64,000 nt of DNA from the human T2T-CHM13v2.0 reference genome, Homo sapiens. The DNA lies in the NCBI RefSeq assembly GCF_009914755.1, contig NC_060942.1. The stretch is one strand, 5' to 3'. The notes beneath the pieces are model-generated. The model saw only the letters and a program-made list of their open reading frames with translations. It did not search any database and had not been told where the DNA came from. A program made the position numbers and the translations under genes. Shown here one piece after another: positions 1 through 12,480 of this stretch (the stretch's first letter is position 1; the number at the start of each line of letters is the position of its first letter).

Positions 1-590
<590 letters not shown>

Positions 591-1690
591 ATAGAAGTGC
601 TTCAAAACACAACCTATTTATTTTTGTTTCACCTAGTACTTATCATACAAATTTGTTATGGAAAGTTTTAAAATAACCTTTTCTTTTGGAAATGTTAATG
701 TATAAAATGGCAAAGCAATCAATAGAAATACCCAGAAAATGTCTTATCCTTTATAAAATTAAGCAGAGAGAAAACAGAAATAGAATCTAGTTGTGACTCT
801 GAATTCAGCCATTTCTGGATATTAGCAAATGGTGTTGTCTGTCTGAAAGTGTATACTCCTGGTGTTTTCTGGTCTCCAGCCATACCTGAGAGGAAAATAG
901 AGATAGCAACACATTTTTCAGCCTTCCCAGTTGTGATTCCAAATTCTCATTCTTGAGTGCAGGCACAGGCACAGAGTAGGCCGCAGCTGAGGGGCTCTGA
1001 GCTGGCTCTCCGCCAGGTTTTTCCCTCTAGGCTGTCCTGTACTTGCCAACCAATGTCAGGATCCTTCTTCATTAGTGTGGTTTTATACAAACAACAGGAA
1101 CCATCAGGGGTGTACAGGATGTAAACATATCAAACCGACACTATCAACAGCCAAGGTCCATCATCCTGAGAATTCCTTCTGCCTTCGAGGCAGCAGTGAG
1201 GTTTGGAGAACTGGACCAAGAGGAGTTCTGCAGGGTTGTGTGCAGCCTGGGGTCTGCCAACATGCAGCTGTGCTCACGGTCCCAGCTGCTTCACCCCCCT
1301 CTAGACATGTGAAGGCTAACAATTCCAATATGTACAGTAAAGTGGCTTAGTTTTCAAATCTGTTGGGTTACCTTCTTGATTTTTCTATAAATACTATATT
1401 TTCAACATCAATAGAGATGCCTCATTTTCTTTCTTTTTGTATTTCAAATGCTTTCTCACAAGTTGCTCCCTTTTTTATTCCTAACTGTAGAGTCATATAT
1501 TGCCAAGTGACAAAGTTCATACTAACCAGCTCCCAACCAGGCTCTTTATTAATAAAACCAGGATAATCATATCACACCTACCTACCACAGCAAGTTATAG
1601 CTTTGGTAGTTATAGCAATGTTATAACATTGACTGTAACAGTCAATGTTTATGGAACTAAGGTTTATTTAAGTGATCCTATTTTGAGTAC

Positions 1691-1765
1691 TCTCTCTCTC
1701 TCTCTCTCTCTCTCTTTATATATATATATATATACATACACATATATATACACACATATATATAT
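1691..1765. repeat. (TC)n(TA)n/(CA) compound microsatellite
   Basis: Directly visible. Confidence 0.95.
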
Positions 1766-1804
1766 TAGCTCAATAAATGTAATAAACATAGAACATGGGT
1801 AATT

Positions 1805-1935
1805 TTATTATTGCCATTTCATAGTTAGAAACCTTAAATACAAAATGTTGAGTAATTTGCCCAGTGTCACATAGTCTATAGCAATGTTAGAAGTCACACC
1901 CAAGAATTCTTGTTTCATTGGCCACAAATTCACCA
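1805..1935 (-). mobile_element. MIR fragment
   Basis: CCATTTCATAG...GAGTAATTTGCCCAGTGTCACATAG resembles the reverse MIR core. Confidence 0.55.
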
Positions 1936-2064
1936 CTCCATTCATGCAGCTTCTTTAGTGAGAAATAATGACAAAGAGAAGAGTGAAAGCACTTTGGCAA
2001 ATGTAATATATTATATAAATATAAGATTCTGGCATGCAAAATCAAAGGTAGTGCCAGGCATCCC

Positions 2065-2205
2065 ATGTATGTTTGTGTGTGCACATACACATATATGTTT
2101 ATGTGTATATGCGTGTATATGTGTATATACATTCACATATGTATGCATGGATGTATATATACATCCATGCATACATAAGTTGTGTGTGTGAGTTTATGTG
2201 TGTGA
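2065..2205. repeat. TG/TA low-complexity tract containing a perfect 40-bp palindrome (2138-2177)
   Basis: TATGTATGCATGGATGTATA|TATACATCCATGCATACATA. Confidence 0.9.
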
Positions 2206-3129
2206 TGTCAAGAAAGAAGAATAGGCCTAAAGGTCTAGTATTAATTTAATTTTATTTCAAAATGGAAATAGTTGCTTTGAAGCATCTTTTTAAGTTACTC
2301 TAAGACAATTTAAATTATTTTTACATTAATTATTTATTTTTAATCTTTTTTTTCTTTTTAACATTCATGCTTGTTTCTCATAAGTATAGTTGATTAACTT
2401 CTCTCTTGGGCACCTCTATTCTGAGCACCTTATACACCTTTGCTCAAGTTAAGGGGGGTGCTTCAGTGTCAACTCAATACCAGAACCCCGCAATCTATCC
2501 CTGTTATCAACTCCAATGCCTGCATTCCCTTCCACCAGAGATTTTCTGGACTGACCGCTCCATTGGTTTGCCTTCCTAAGTGTATTTACCAAAGGTTTCT
2601 AGCTCTTTGTACCTGGTTTCTCTTTCAGAATCCTAAGTTGCTTGAGAACTGGGACTCTTTCTTCACTCCTATAGCAGGGCTATAGCAGACATCACATAAA
2701 TAAAAAGCCTTTAGCAAACTGTGAGATTATTATTGATCTTCTACCTCCCTATTGTGACACTTTATGCAAGCCAGTGACTTGCTTTCTATCATAGCTGTTA
2801 TACTCTGCAAAATCATTACACACCTGTACCACTCTGAGGGACTACGTTTGGAGTATAGAGCAAGTTACGACAAAGCAGAGGAGGCACCAGAATGGCTGGT
2901 TGGGCCACATCACATGGAAGTGCTACATTCAGATGTTACATTTAGGTCCCTCATCCTCTTGATAGGGGTTACTGTTCTTTGAGTAACACTGCTCTAATGG
3001 TAAGAGAGGCAGAAGCTAGCTGACTGTTGAAGGAAAACAACAATGGCTGAGATCTCATCAGCCATGGGACTCCTGGATTTTATCTGGTCTAAAGCACTCT
3101 CATAATAAAGGTAAAGTCAAGAATCAACT

Positions 3130-3345
3130 AGCAATTATTGTGGCCTAGTAAGGTCTGGACACTATGCTAGGAGCTTTCAACTGTTACATCATTTAAGCCT
3201 TGAAAAAAATCACATGGCTTATCTGCAATCAAGTTTCCATATTTCATGGATAATATAAGTAAGGCCTTTTTAGAGGTAACATATTCAAAGTCAGATAATT
3301 AATAAGTATTGCTATTGATACTCAAACTCAGGTTTATGTGAATTA
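3130..3345 (-). mobile_element. MIR fragment (old, diverged)
   Basis: GACACTATGCTAGGAGCTTT...GGTAACATATTCAAAGTCAGATAATTAATAAGT...ACTCAAACTCAGG. Confidence 0.5.
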
Positions 3346-5094
3346 CAAGGTTATGGGGATTTTTTCCTTGTTATTGTTTATTTTTTGTTGCTGTTGTGTC
3401 TCACCAGATAGAACATGGTGGGGCCCACTCCAATTGTACTCATGTAGAAATAATGGTTCATAATCTTAGCCACTACATTTGGCTTTCCTCAACCTGACTT
3501 ATCCTGCGGCCTATATGCTTTCCTTTAATAAATAGATTGGCTCTTCAGACAAAGCATTAAAGCAGCTTATAATGTAAAAACAATTTTAAACAGAGATACA
3601 ATCACTCAGGAAAGTTGGTGCCACAAAACTTCATTTTACTTCACCAAAGCATTTATTTTTGTCTGTAATACTTGGAAGTCTTCTAAATCTTTTGATTATG
3701 CTTTGAGCAAAAATATTCATATCCCTTCCCTCTTCATACACTCTAAAATGCTGTAGAATTAGGTTTAAAAGCAATGTATTCTTTGAGACAAAATAAATTA
3801 CAAGCAAGTCTTCCAGATAGTAGCTAGGTAAATTGATTTCTGCGTACAAAATGTCCTTTCCCTGATTTGTTGATAAAATTTTAATGTTATACATGTTAGA
3901 ACTATTAAACACATCCTGCAAGCATGAGGCTTTTATTGGTGTTATGGTTTTTCTCCTTTTATCACTTGTTTTGTTAAGATTTTCACATTATGTTGGAAAT
4001 TGGGCAGATCATGGTACTGGGAAATAATGCTAACTATTACCAAAGGAACCTCATTGCATTATCTTTACTTGCCATTCTGAGCATTAGATCTGAGCACGGA
4101 AAATAACCAGGGTGTCCTAGGTGTACTTTCAGGAAAATTGATGAATAAAACTTCAAAACCTATTATAATTTAGATTTAATATCAAGGCATGGTGTTTCTG
4201 TGAATCTGGAAGCATACCAGAAAAAGAAGTGCACAAAAGGCTGCTTTAGCTTTAGCAGATGGGCTAAAATGATATTAAAATCTAAGTGGTGGTGATGAGA
4301 GGCCCTGCAGCCAATGGTAGCATCTGTGAACCATGACTAGGCAAAAATGTTTGGCAAGGTTAAGGGCAGGTTCAAAGTAAAACAACATGCATCAAGCAGT
4401 TCATTCAGAACTGTTAGTTATCTATTTAATTTTGTTTCCTGTTGTTCTTTTAAGAACATTGAATGCCAGAACTTCAGTGGTTGGTGTAGTACTACTCCCT
4501 TAACTCAAAATGTAGAGATGCTGGTATCTCTACCTTGGATGCTCTCATTTTACTATTCTGGAATGCCCCCTCTCTGCTCTTTATGATTCAAATCCTTCTC
4601 ACTTTCACTACTTAAGTAAATGTCTACCCCAGACAATAAATATGTGTCAATCAAGGATCCATCTCATTTACTGGGCACTACATATGGGGATATATTAAAA
4701 GGCTAAAAAAAAATTAGGGGTAAGGAGGCCAATCAGGGTGCATGTTTTCCAAGAAAGTCTCTAGAAGAAGGGTGACATAAATTGCAAGGACGTGGGTTAG
4801 TGTGAGGTTTTCATGACTTCATCTGCCACCCAAATTATTTATTTTCCATTAATATAAATTTTATGCTTGACTTAAATAAAACAATTTAATCAGAAAAATT
4901 CATATCCTTGAAATTAATCAAGTAAATAGATTTGTGTGTGTGTGTGTGTGTAAATTTTCCCTGAATTTAAGATGTTAGAGCAAGAAACAAAACCAACAAA
5001 AATAAAATAATATTTTAAAACTGTAGCTCTCACCTATTGCATGCTTAAAGCTAGGAGTCTAATATCTACTCCAATTTTCTTAAAAAGGAATACT

Positions 5095-5453
5095 TACTAT
5101 GGTTTGAGTCTGTCCCCTCAATTTTATGTGCTGGAAACTTAATACCCAATTTCATATGTTGATTGGAAGGGGGGCCTTTAGGTGTAATTAGGATTAGATA
5201 AGGTCATCAGGTTGGGGTCTCTATAATGGGATAGGTGGCTTTCTAAAAAGAGAAAGAGAGGCCTGAGCTGACCTGCAGATGCTTGCCCTTGCTCCATGTA
5301 ATGCCCTCCACGATGCATTAAGAATGTCCTTGCCAGATGCCACTTCCATGCTTTTGGACTTCTCAGCCTCCAGAACCTTGAGCCAACTTCTTTTCTTTAT
5401 AAATTACCCAGTCTGTGGTATTCAGTTATAGCAACAGAAAATGAAATAAAACA
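5095..5453 (+). mobile_element. MaLR solo LTR (MST/MLT1A group)
   Basis: Starts TACTATGGTTTG; ends ATAAATTACCCAGTCTGTGGTATTCAGTTATAGCAACAGAAAATG..ACA, typical MST/MLT1A termini. Confidence 0.85.
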
Positions 5454-6359
5454 CCCCAACTTGCAAAGGAGACTTCCATCTTCCCATAACCAGCAGGATT
5501 GGAGTAGAATTGAAAAAAGAATAACTCTCTCATTATGTGATTCAATGATATTTAATGCCTTATGCACACATCACTGGAATGAGTCTGAATCTTGCACAGG
5601 AAGTCATGTTGTATTGTGTTAGCACTACACATCTTACACATTGAAAATATTGAGTTATCAGAAAGAAGAAAAGGAGAAACTTAGATTAAATTAAAATTAA
5701 AAAGCAAGAGTCATGGAAAGTATATGACTAAGATGTTTCTGGAAGACCATGAAGCCCTTTTAAACAAGATTGTTTTCTTTCTTAAGCCTCTGTTGAACAA
5801 GCATCTACACTTAATTTAGATATGACCTTTTCCCTTTGGGAGAATGCAGCTTGCTTTGTGTACAAACAATTTCCCACATTTCTTTGTTACTCCTTTAGCA
5901 ACGATTGCAGAACAAATAACATAATACAAGAATAAAAAATATAAATTGATTGGAGTTTATGTTGTGTAAGTAGCCACACTCACATGTAACTACAGGAAAT
6001 CTTTGGAAATAATCATTTAGTTGCCACTCAGTTATGACTCCATTGAGCTTTGTGGGGCATGATGTGAGTACAGATACACAGGTAAAACTGAATCCGCAAC
6101 TGAGTTGGTGTCCTAGTCTCAGACATAAGGCCCTGTAGCTGCACAAAGAGAAGAATTAAACAAGCACTTATTTGAATCCTGTTCTACAACTGTTCTCAAC
6201 CTAGTCACCTGATGTACTTGAAATAAGCTTGTGTCTCTTCAACAGTCTTTTCTGCCATTGAATAAATAGTAACATCATTCTTGAATTTCTAAAATACTAT
6301 GAAATTCATTGACATGAAATATTTTGTAAAAGATTCATGGTCATTCAACCTTTGAAATT

Positions 6360-6811
6360 TGTGATGGTTAATTTTATGTGTCACCTTGAGTGGACCAAAG
6401 GATGCCAAGACAGCTGTTAAAGCATTATTTCTAGCTGTGTCTGTGAGGTTGTTTCTGGAAGAGATTCACATTTGCATCAGTAGGCTGAGTAAAGAAGATC
6501 TACCTCACCAATGTGGGCCAACAGCATCCAATCCAAATAGAATAAAAAGGAAGGTAAAGGAAGGGTACGTTTTCTCTCTTTCTTCTTAAGTTGGGGCACC
6601 CATCTTTTCCTGCCCTCAGACGTTGGATATTGGAGCTACTGGGTGTCTGGCCTTCAAACTAGGATTGAATTACACCACCAGCCTTCTTGGTTCTCCAGCT
6701 TGCAGATGGCATATTGTGAGACTTTACAACTTCCGTAATTATGTGAGCTAATTGCCATAACAAATCTTCTTGTATCTATATCTATAGCTAACTGTCTACA
6801 TATATGGATTG

Positions 6812-6853
<42 letters not shown>

Positions 6854-6931
6854 CACACGCACAGAGATATACATCTTATTATAGACAGATAGATGGATAG
6901 ATATGCCCATATAGATATATATGCCCATATC

Positions 6932-6975
<44 letters not shown>

Positions 6976-7023
6976 ATCTATCTTTTATTGTTTCTTTTTC
7001 TCTGGAAAATCCTGACCAATACA
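6360..7023 (+). mobile_element. MLT2 (ERVL) solo LTR with internal (CA)n (6815-6851) and (TCTA)n (~6931-6982)
   Basis: Starts TGTGATGGTTAATTTTATGTGTCA; contains TCTCCAGCTTGCAGATGGC; ends CCTGACCAATACA. Confidence 0.88.
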
Positions 7024-8554
7024 GACTCTATTAAATAAACCCAAAAGACTTGCATATCTTAAGATGAGTTTATAATTCTTCACCTTGAGAAAAAGTGGAC
7101 AAAGTGATGACACCCAACCTCACTGATAAGGAATCCCATTATATGGAAAATATAATCCACCAAAATGAGATTCCTTATGATAGAAATAAAGTTATATGTG
7201 GAAAGGGAAACAGATACATGTGGACAGAAAATAGTCATGCATGGAAGGGGAGACAGCATAGAGGGATAAACTCAGAATGAAAATTAAAGCCTAAGGCCAG
7301 CTAAACCCAGTCTGCTGTTATGTAAGTCTTGTATATTTTTTGTGAGGGACACAAAAAAAGCCAGCAGTTTACAAACTGCATCTGGTTTACATGAATTTCT
7401 TTAAAAATGTAACACTAAATCCTACTAAATATTAGAGAATAATTCCATATACATGCATCCAAGCACATACATATTCTTACACAACCACCCACCCCCCCAA
7501 CTCACCCACACCCACCACTAACTTGGGCCAGAAAAAGCTTTCATGGAGAACCTAACAATAGAAAACCTTCAACAGTCATTGGCCCCTTTATTATCTGTGC
7601 ACTTCATCCCTAACTCCATCTAGTAGAAAAGGAAACGCAACCTGCTTCTATTGTTCTTCTGTTTAAGTGAGATAAGATCCTCACTCTGTTCATATTTCCC
7701 CTTTATCTCCACAGTCCTTGTGTCTCAGCTTGTTCTTTGAGTTTAATGACTTTATGTCTTGCTTTGTTTTGCTTCTTTATATCTCATTGGGTTATGAGAT
7801 CTTTACTGATTTCAGGACTTGGTACATTTTTTTCTCTTTGATTCCCTTCTTTATTCATCGTTAACTGGTTGGCTTAAAAAAATTGTCCAAAGTATATGGA
7901 AATTCGATTTCCTCTTTTGTTAGTTCAACTGTCCTTTAGAAACCAGTAACCACTGGAATTTATTTTCATAGATTGTTTTGGCCATTTAATGATATCCTTA
8001 CATTTATCATCTGTCCTATCCAAAACACAATTTCTTTAAGCAAATACCTAAATTAACAAGTCTCTTTCATGTAAGGCAGTTTTGAATTTAATGCAGGACC
8101 ATATGATGGACTTGTAACCACTTTATACTTTCTTTATTTCTTGGTAATTACCTTAAAGTTTGTTTCTTCACTGGTAAGATATACCTCTTTCATCCTTGAC
8201 CACATATTGCAAGTGTTGCTATTTTAAGTAGAGGAATCATTTTTTTTAGAATAAATCTGATGCATCTGTTTCAGAACTGGCACAATCATTATATATTATT
8301 ATTTAGTATTGTGAGATGGAGGCCAGTTCCAACAGTATCATTATTTACCAGGAGAATTATAACAGATAGAATAAAGTATACAAGCAGTATATAACTCCAA
8401 GGTTAGAGGATAACCTAAGCATGAAGTTGCCATTTCATAATTTATTAAAATTAAAGGCTTTATTTGGATAACAATTTGAATGAAGAGTCTACACCTAAAC
8501 ATGATAATATAAAATTGAATTTAAATGAAAAAATATTTTCTTCAACATATACTA

Positions 8555-8792
8555 CAGGTTTAGAATCCCAAATCTGAAAATCCAAAATCCAAAATGATCT
8601 AATGAGCATATTTCCTTTGAACATTAGGTTGGCCTTCAAAAGGCCAAAATGTTGGAGCATTTGGATTTCAGATTTTCAGATTCAGGATGCTCAACCTGTA
8701 AGTATAATGCATATATGGAAAATCTGAAAAAAAAATCCAAAATCGGAAACACTTTTTGTCCCAAGCATTTTGGATAAGGAATACTCAACCTG
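8555..8792. mobile_element. MER46/Tigger4-derived non-autonomous DNA transposon
   Basis: Termini CAGGTT..ATCCC / GGAATACTCAACCTG, internal AATCCAAAATCC/GATTTTCAGATT inverted motifs, TA at the left flank. Confidence 0.8.
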
Positions 8793-9067
8793 TGTATTCC
8801 CGGAAATGTGCTAAGCATGTCAAGGAATATAATATAACCAACATTTATTACCTTTTTCTCCCCCAAATTTTATGAACTAGCAGGGGAACAAGATTTTAAA
8901 ACAGGAGAGAATTAATCCAATGGGAATATAATTATGTGGGGAAATGTGCAGTGGAGGTTTTGTTACAGGAGTGAGGGAGGAGATTATCCTGTATGGCAGC
9001 ACTGTCTGGGAACCCACTGTGGAAGGTAGAATATGCATGTAGGATGTGGTGACATGAAGACAGTAAT

Positions 9068-9500
9068 TGTGTCAGTCCATTTGTATTGCTATAAAGGAAC
9101 ATCTGTGGCTGAGTAATTTACAAAAAAAAAAAATAGGTTTATTTTGGCTCATGCCTCTGCAGGCTGTGTAGGAAGCATGGTCCCAGCACCAGCTTCTGGT
9201 GAGGGCCTCAGGAAGCTTATAATCATGGCAGAAGGTGGAGGAGGAGCCAGTATATCACAGTATATTAAATGGCAAAGTGGGAGCAAGAGAGAGAGAGGAG
9301 GAAGTTCCAACCCTTTTTAACAACCAGATGTTACACAAACTCATAGACTGAGAACTCACTCATTACTGCAAGGTTCGAACCAAGCCATCAAGAGGGATCA
9401 TCCCCTATGATCCAACCACTATCCACTAGGCTCACTTTTAACATTGGAGGTCACATTTCAACATGAGATCTGGAGGGGCCAAAACATCCAAACCATATCA
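9068..9500 (-). mobile_element. MST (MSTA/B-like) MaLR solo LTR
   Basis: TGTGTCAGTCCATTTG..TTGCTATAAAGG...CATCCAAACCATATCA; near-TSD GTAAT (9063-67) / GTACT (9501-05). Confidence 0.88.
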
Positions 9501-10570
9501 GTACTGTATTCATACTTTCAGCATTGATATTCCTTTTGTAGACATAATGGGGGACAGGGGGAGGGTAGATGAAAGAGTAACAACTAAGCAAAAACACCAG
9601 AGTTAAAACGAGAAATGCAACCTTCACAAATTATTTTATGTAAACACTTTAAAGTCACAGTTAAGGTGGCCATTTTTTACAAGGCTAAGTAAATATGATT
9701 AACCAAAAGTACATTATGTCCATTTCATCTGTGCTAATATAAATACAGTCTATTCCTGCCTGATACAGGCCATTTCTTCCCTGAGGAATAGATGCAGTCA
9801 GTCTTATGAACACCCAGAAGATGTGGACTATCTGTGTAAAGTAAAGGCTTCACTAGTACCCAGTTTCCCTGAGAATGTAATATTTTCAATCTGTGTATTT
9901 CTAATACCCTCCAACTCCAACAAAATACCTTTATAATCCTTTTCTGAGATTAAAAAAACTTCCAGTAAATAACTTGAGTACATAATGCTGGATTATGTGC
10001 TCTATACCTGTGTGTATACATTTGGATTATATAATAAAGGTTCTAATTTTATTTTTTAAGTGGAAAAATGTTCTCATCTTGGAGAAAATAATTTCTATAT
10101 CAAGCATGATAAAAGTATGTAATAAATGTCAGATAACTTTAAGCTAGAGTTAATAATGAGTTAGCCCCTACACTGGAGACTTGTAAAGCACTGTTCCTGG
10201 CATTCCCCTATTCTCTTGATGAATGGTGGTGATATGGGACGGGGGCAGGGAAGGGCTGGGTAGAGAAGGGCGGGACCCCAGCTAGGGCTCCACTCTCGGG
10301 CCTATGCCTGCGGACCTAGGTGAGGACAGGCATTTCTGTTTTCCTGCCCAAATGTTGCATTTCCCAAGACCACCCAGGCCTACCACGCCCCCATGCTGTG
10401 CCTATGAAAACCCCCAGATCCTAGCAGGCACGCACACAAGCAGCTGGATGTTGAAAAGAACACATCAGCAGAAGAACACACAAGTGACTGGACATTGTGA
10501 GGGGCACACCAGTGGAAGAGCACAACGGACAGGCACTGACAGACGCCAGTAAGACATCGACCTGTGGAAC

Positions 10571-11882
10571 TGAGAGGTGACAACGTGCTAGCAGCCCTTG
10601 CTCGCTCTCGGCACCTCCTCAGCCTTGGCATCCACTCTGGCCGTGCATGAGGAGCCCTTCAGCCCGCTGCTGCACTGTGGGAGCCCCTCTCTGGGCTGGC
10701 CGAGGCTGGAGCCGGCTCCCTCTGCTTGCGGGGAGGTGTGGAGGGAGAGGTGCTGGCAGGAACCAGGGCTGCGTGTGGCACTCGCGGGCCAGCATGAGTT
10801 GCGGGTGGGCGCAGGATCAGCGGGCCCCACACTCGGAGCAGCCAGCCGGTGCTGCCGGCCCCAGGCAGTGAGGGGATTAGCACCCGGGCCAGCAGCTGCG
10901 GAGGGTGTGCCAGGTCCCCCAGCAGTGCTGGACTGCCCGCGCTGCCCTCAAATTCTCTCTGGGCCTCAGCTGCCTCCCCACGGGGCAGGGCTCGGGACCT
11001 GCAGCCTGCCATGCCTGAGCCTCCCCCAACCCCGTAGTCTCCCACGTTGCTCGAGCCTCCCCGATGGGAGCCACCCCCTGCTCCGTGGGGCTGGTCCAAT
11101 CAACCGCCCAAGGGCTGACAAGTGCGGGCGCGTGGCGCGGAACTGGTGGGCAGCTCCGCCAGTGGCCCGGCTCAGGATTTACTAGGTAAAGCCAGCTGGG
11201 CTCCTGAATTGGGTGGGTACTTAGATAACTTTTATGTCTAGCTGGAGGATTGTAAATGTACCAGTCAGCACTCTGTGTCTAGCTAAAGGTTTGTAAATGC
11301 ACCAATTAGCACTCTGTGTCTAGCTCAGGGATTGTAAACGCACCAATCAGCACTCTCTTAAAATGGACCAATCAGCTCTCTGTAAAATGGACCAATCAGC
11401 AGGATGTGGGTGGGGCCAGATAAGGGAATAAGAGCAGGCTGGCCTAGCCAGGAGGGGCAACTGCTTGGATCCCTTTCCACAGTGAGGAAGCTTTGTTGTT
11501 TCGCTCTTTGCAATAACTCTTGCTGCTGCTCACTGTTTGGGTTTGCACTGCCTTTATGAGCTGTAACACTCACCACGAAGGTCTGCAGCTTCACTCCTGA
11601 GGCCAGCAAGACCACGAACCCACTAGGAGTAATGAACAACTCTGGACGGGAGCAACGAACAACTCCACACGCGCTGCCTTAAGAGCTGTAACACTCACCG
11701 CGGTCTGCAGCTTCACTCCTGAAGCCAGCGAGACCATGAACCCACCAGAAGGAAGAAACTCCGAACATCAGAAGGAACAAACTCCAGACATACCATCTTT
11801 AGGAACTGTAACATTCACTGCGTGGGTCCGCAGCTTCATTCTTGAAGTTGGTGAGATCAAGAACCCACCAATTCCAAACACA
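10571..11882 (+). mobile_element. ERV9 LTR12 (C/D/E-type) solo LTR, ~1.3 kb
   Basis: Starts TGAGAGGTGACAACGTGCT; GC-rich U3; tandem CACCAATCAGCACTCTG units; U5 GCTGTAACACTCACC repeats; ends CCAATTCCAAACACA; TSD GAAC (10567-70, 11883-86). Confidence 0.95.
11230..11440 (+). promoter_or_regulatory. LTR12 U3 enhancer/promoter: CCAAT boxes, GC box, GATA site, TATA-like element
   Basis: CCAAT at 11302, 11343, 11368 and 11392; GTGGGTGGGGCC ~11406; AGATAA ~11418; GAATAAGAGC ~11427. Activity not shown. Confidence 0.5.
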
Positions 11883-12374
11883 GAACAACGTGGAGTTTGG
11901 CTGGGGTGGTCCCAGGAGAGTCTGGCCACTGAATAGCCCAACTCCAGGGGAAAAACCATCTTTCCACTCCATCTGGCTCCCCCATCTGCTGAGAGGTACT
12001 TCCACTCAATAAAACCTTGCACTTGGTTTCCAAGCCCACGTCTGATCTAACTTTTCCAGTACTCCAAGGCAAAAACTGGGATACAGAAAGCTCTCTGTCC
12101 TTGCAATAAGACAGAGGGTCTAATTGAGCTTGTTAACACAAGCTGCCTGCCAGTGACAAACGAAAAGAGCATCCTGTAACACACGCCCACTGGGGCTTCA
12201 GGAGCTGTAGACATTCACCCCCTAGACACTGCCATGGGGTTAGAATCCCACAACCTGCTCATCTGTATTCTCCCCTAGAGGTTTGAGAAGCGGGGCACTG
12301 AAGAGGCAAGCCACACCTCCTGTTGCACATCCTGGAGGGGGACAAGCGAACTTTTCCCATTTCTGTGGTAGTCT

Positions 12375-12480
12375 TCAAATGTTCAAATGACACAAACCTG
12401 GCAGGGATATTGACCACCACCATAGACTAAAACGGTAAACTAAAACCAAGAAGATGAAATTTGACAAGAATCAAGGCAAA
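12375..12480 (+). mobile_element. L3/CR1-like ancient LINE fragment
   Basis: CAAATGACACAAACCTGGCAGGGAT...AAGATGAAATTTGACAAG resembles the CR1 RT region; highly diverged. Confidence 0.4.

Larger units (their letters stand above)
10230..12364 (+). mobile_element. ERV1 solo LTR (LTR1/MER52-like group) interrupted by LTR12; host parts 10230-10570 and 11883-12364
   Basis: Begins TGATATGGGAC..., ends CTTTTCCCATTTCT (terminal CA mutated); flanked by 4-bp TSD GTGG (10226-29, 12365-68); AATAAA at ~12008. Confidence 0.8.

Noticed and set aside
11230-11860. Repeat-spacer-like units resembling a CRISPR array
   Set aside because: These are the known U3/U5 tandem subrepeats of LTR12; eukaryotic context, no unique spacers, no cas genes
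10304-12072. Cluster of overlapping ORFs up to 195 aa and a CpG-island-like GC peak
   Set aside because: Lies wholly within LTR12 and its host LTR; GC-richness explains stop scarcity; no gag/pol/env similarity visible
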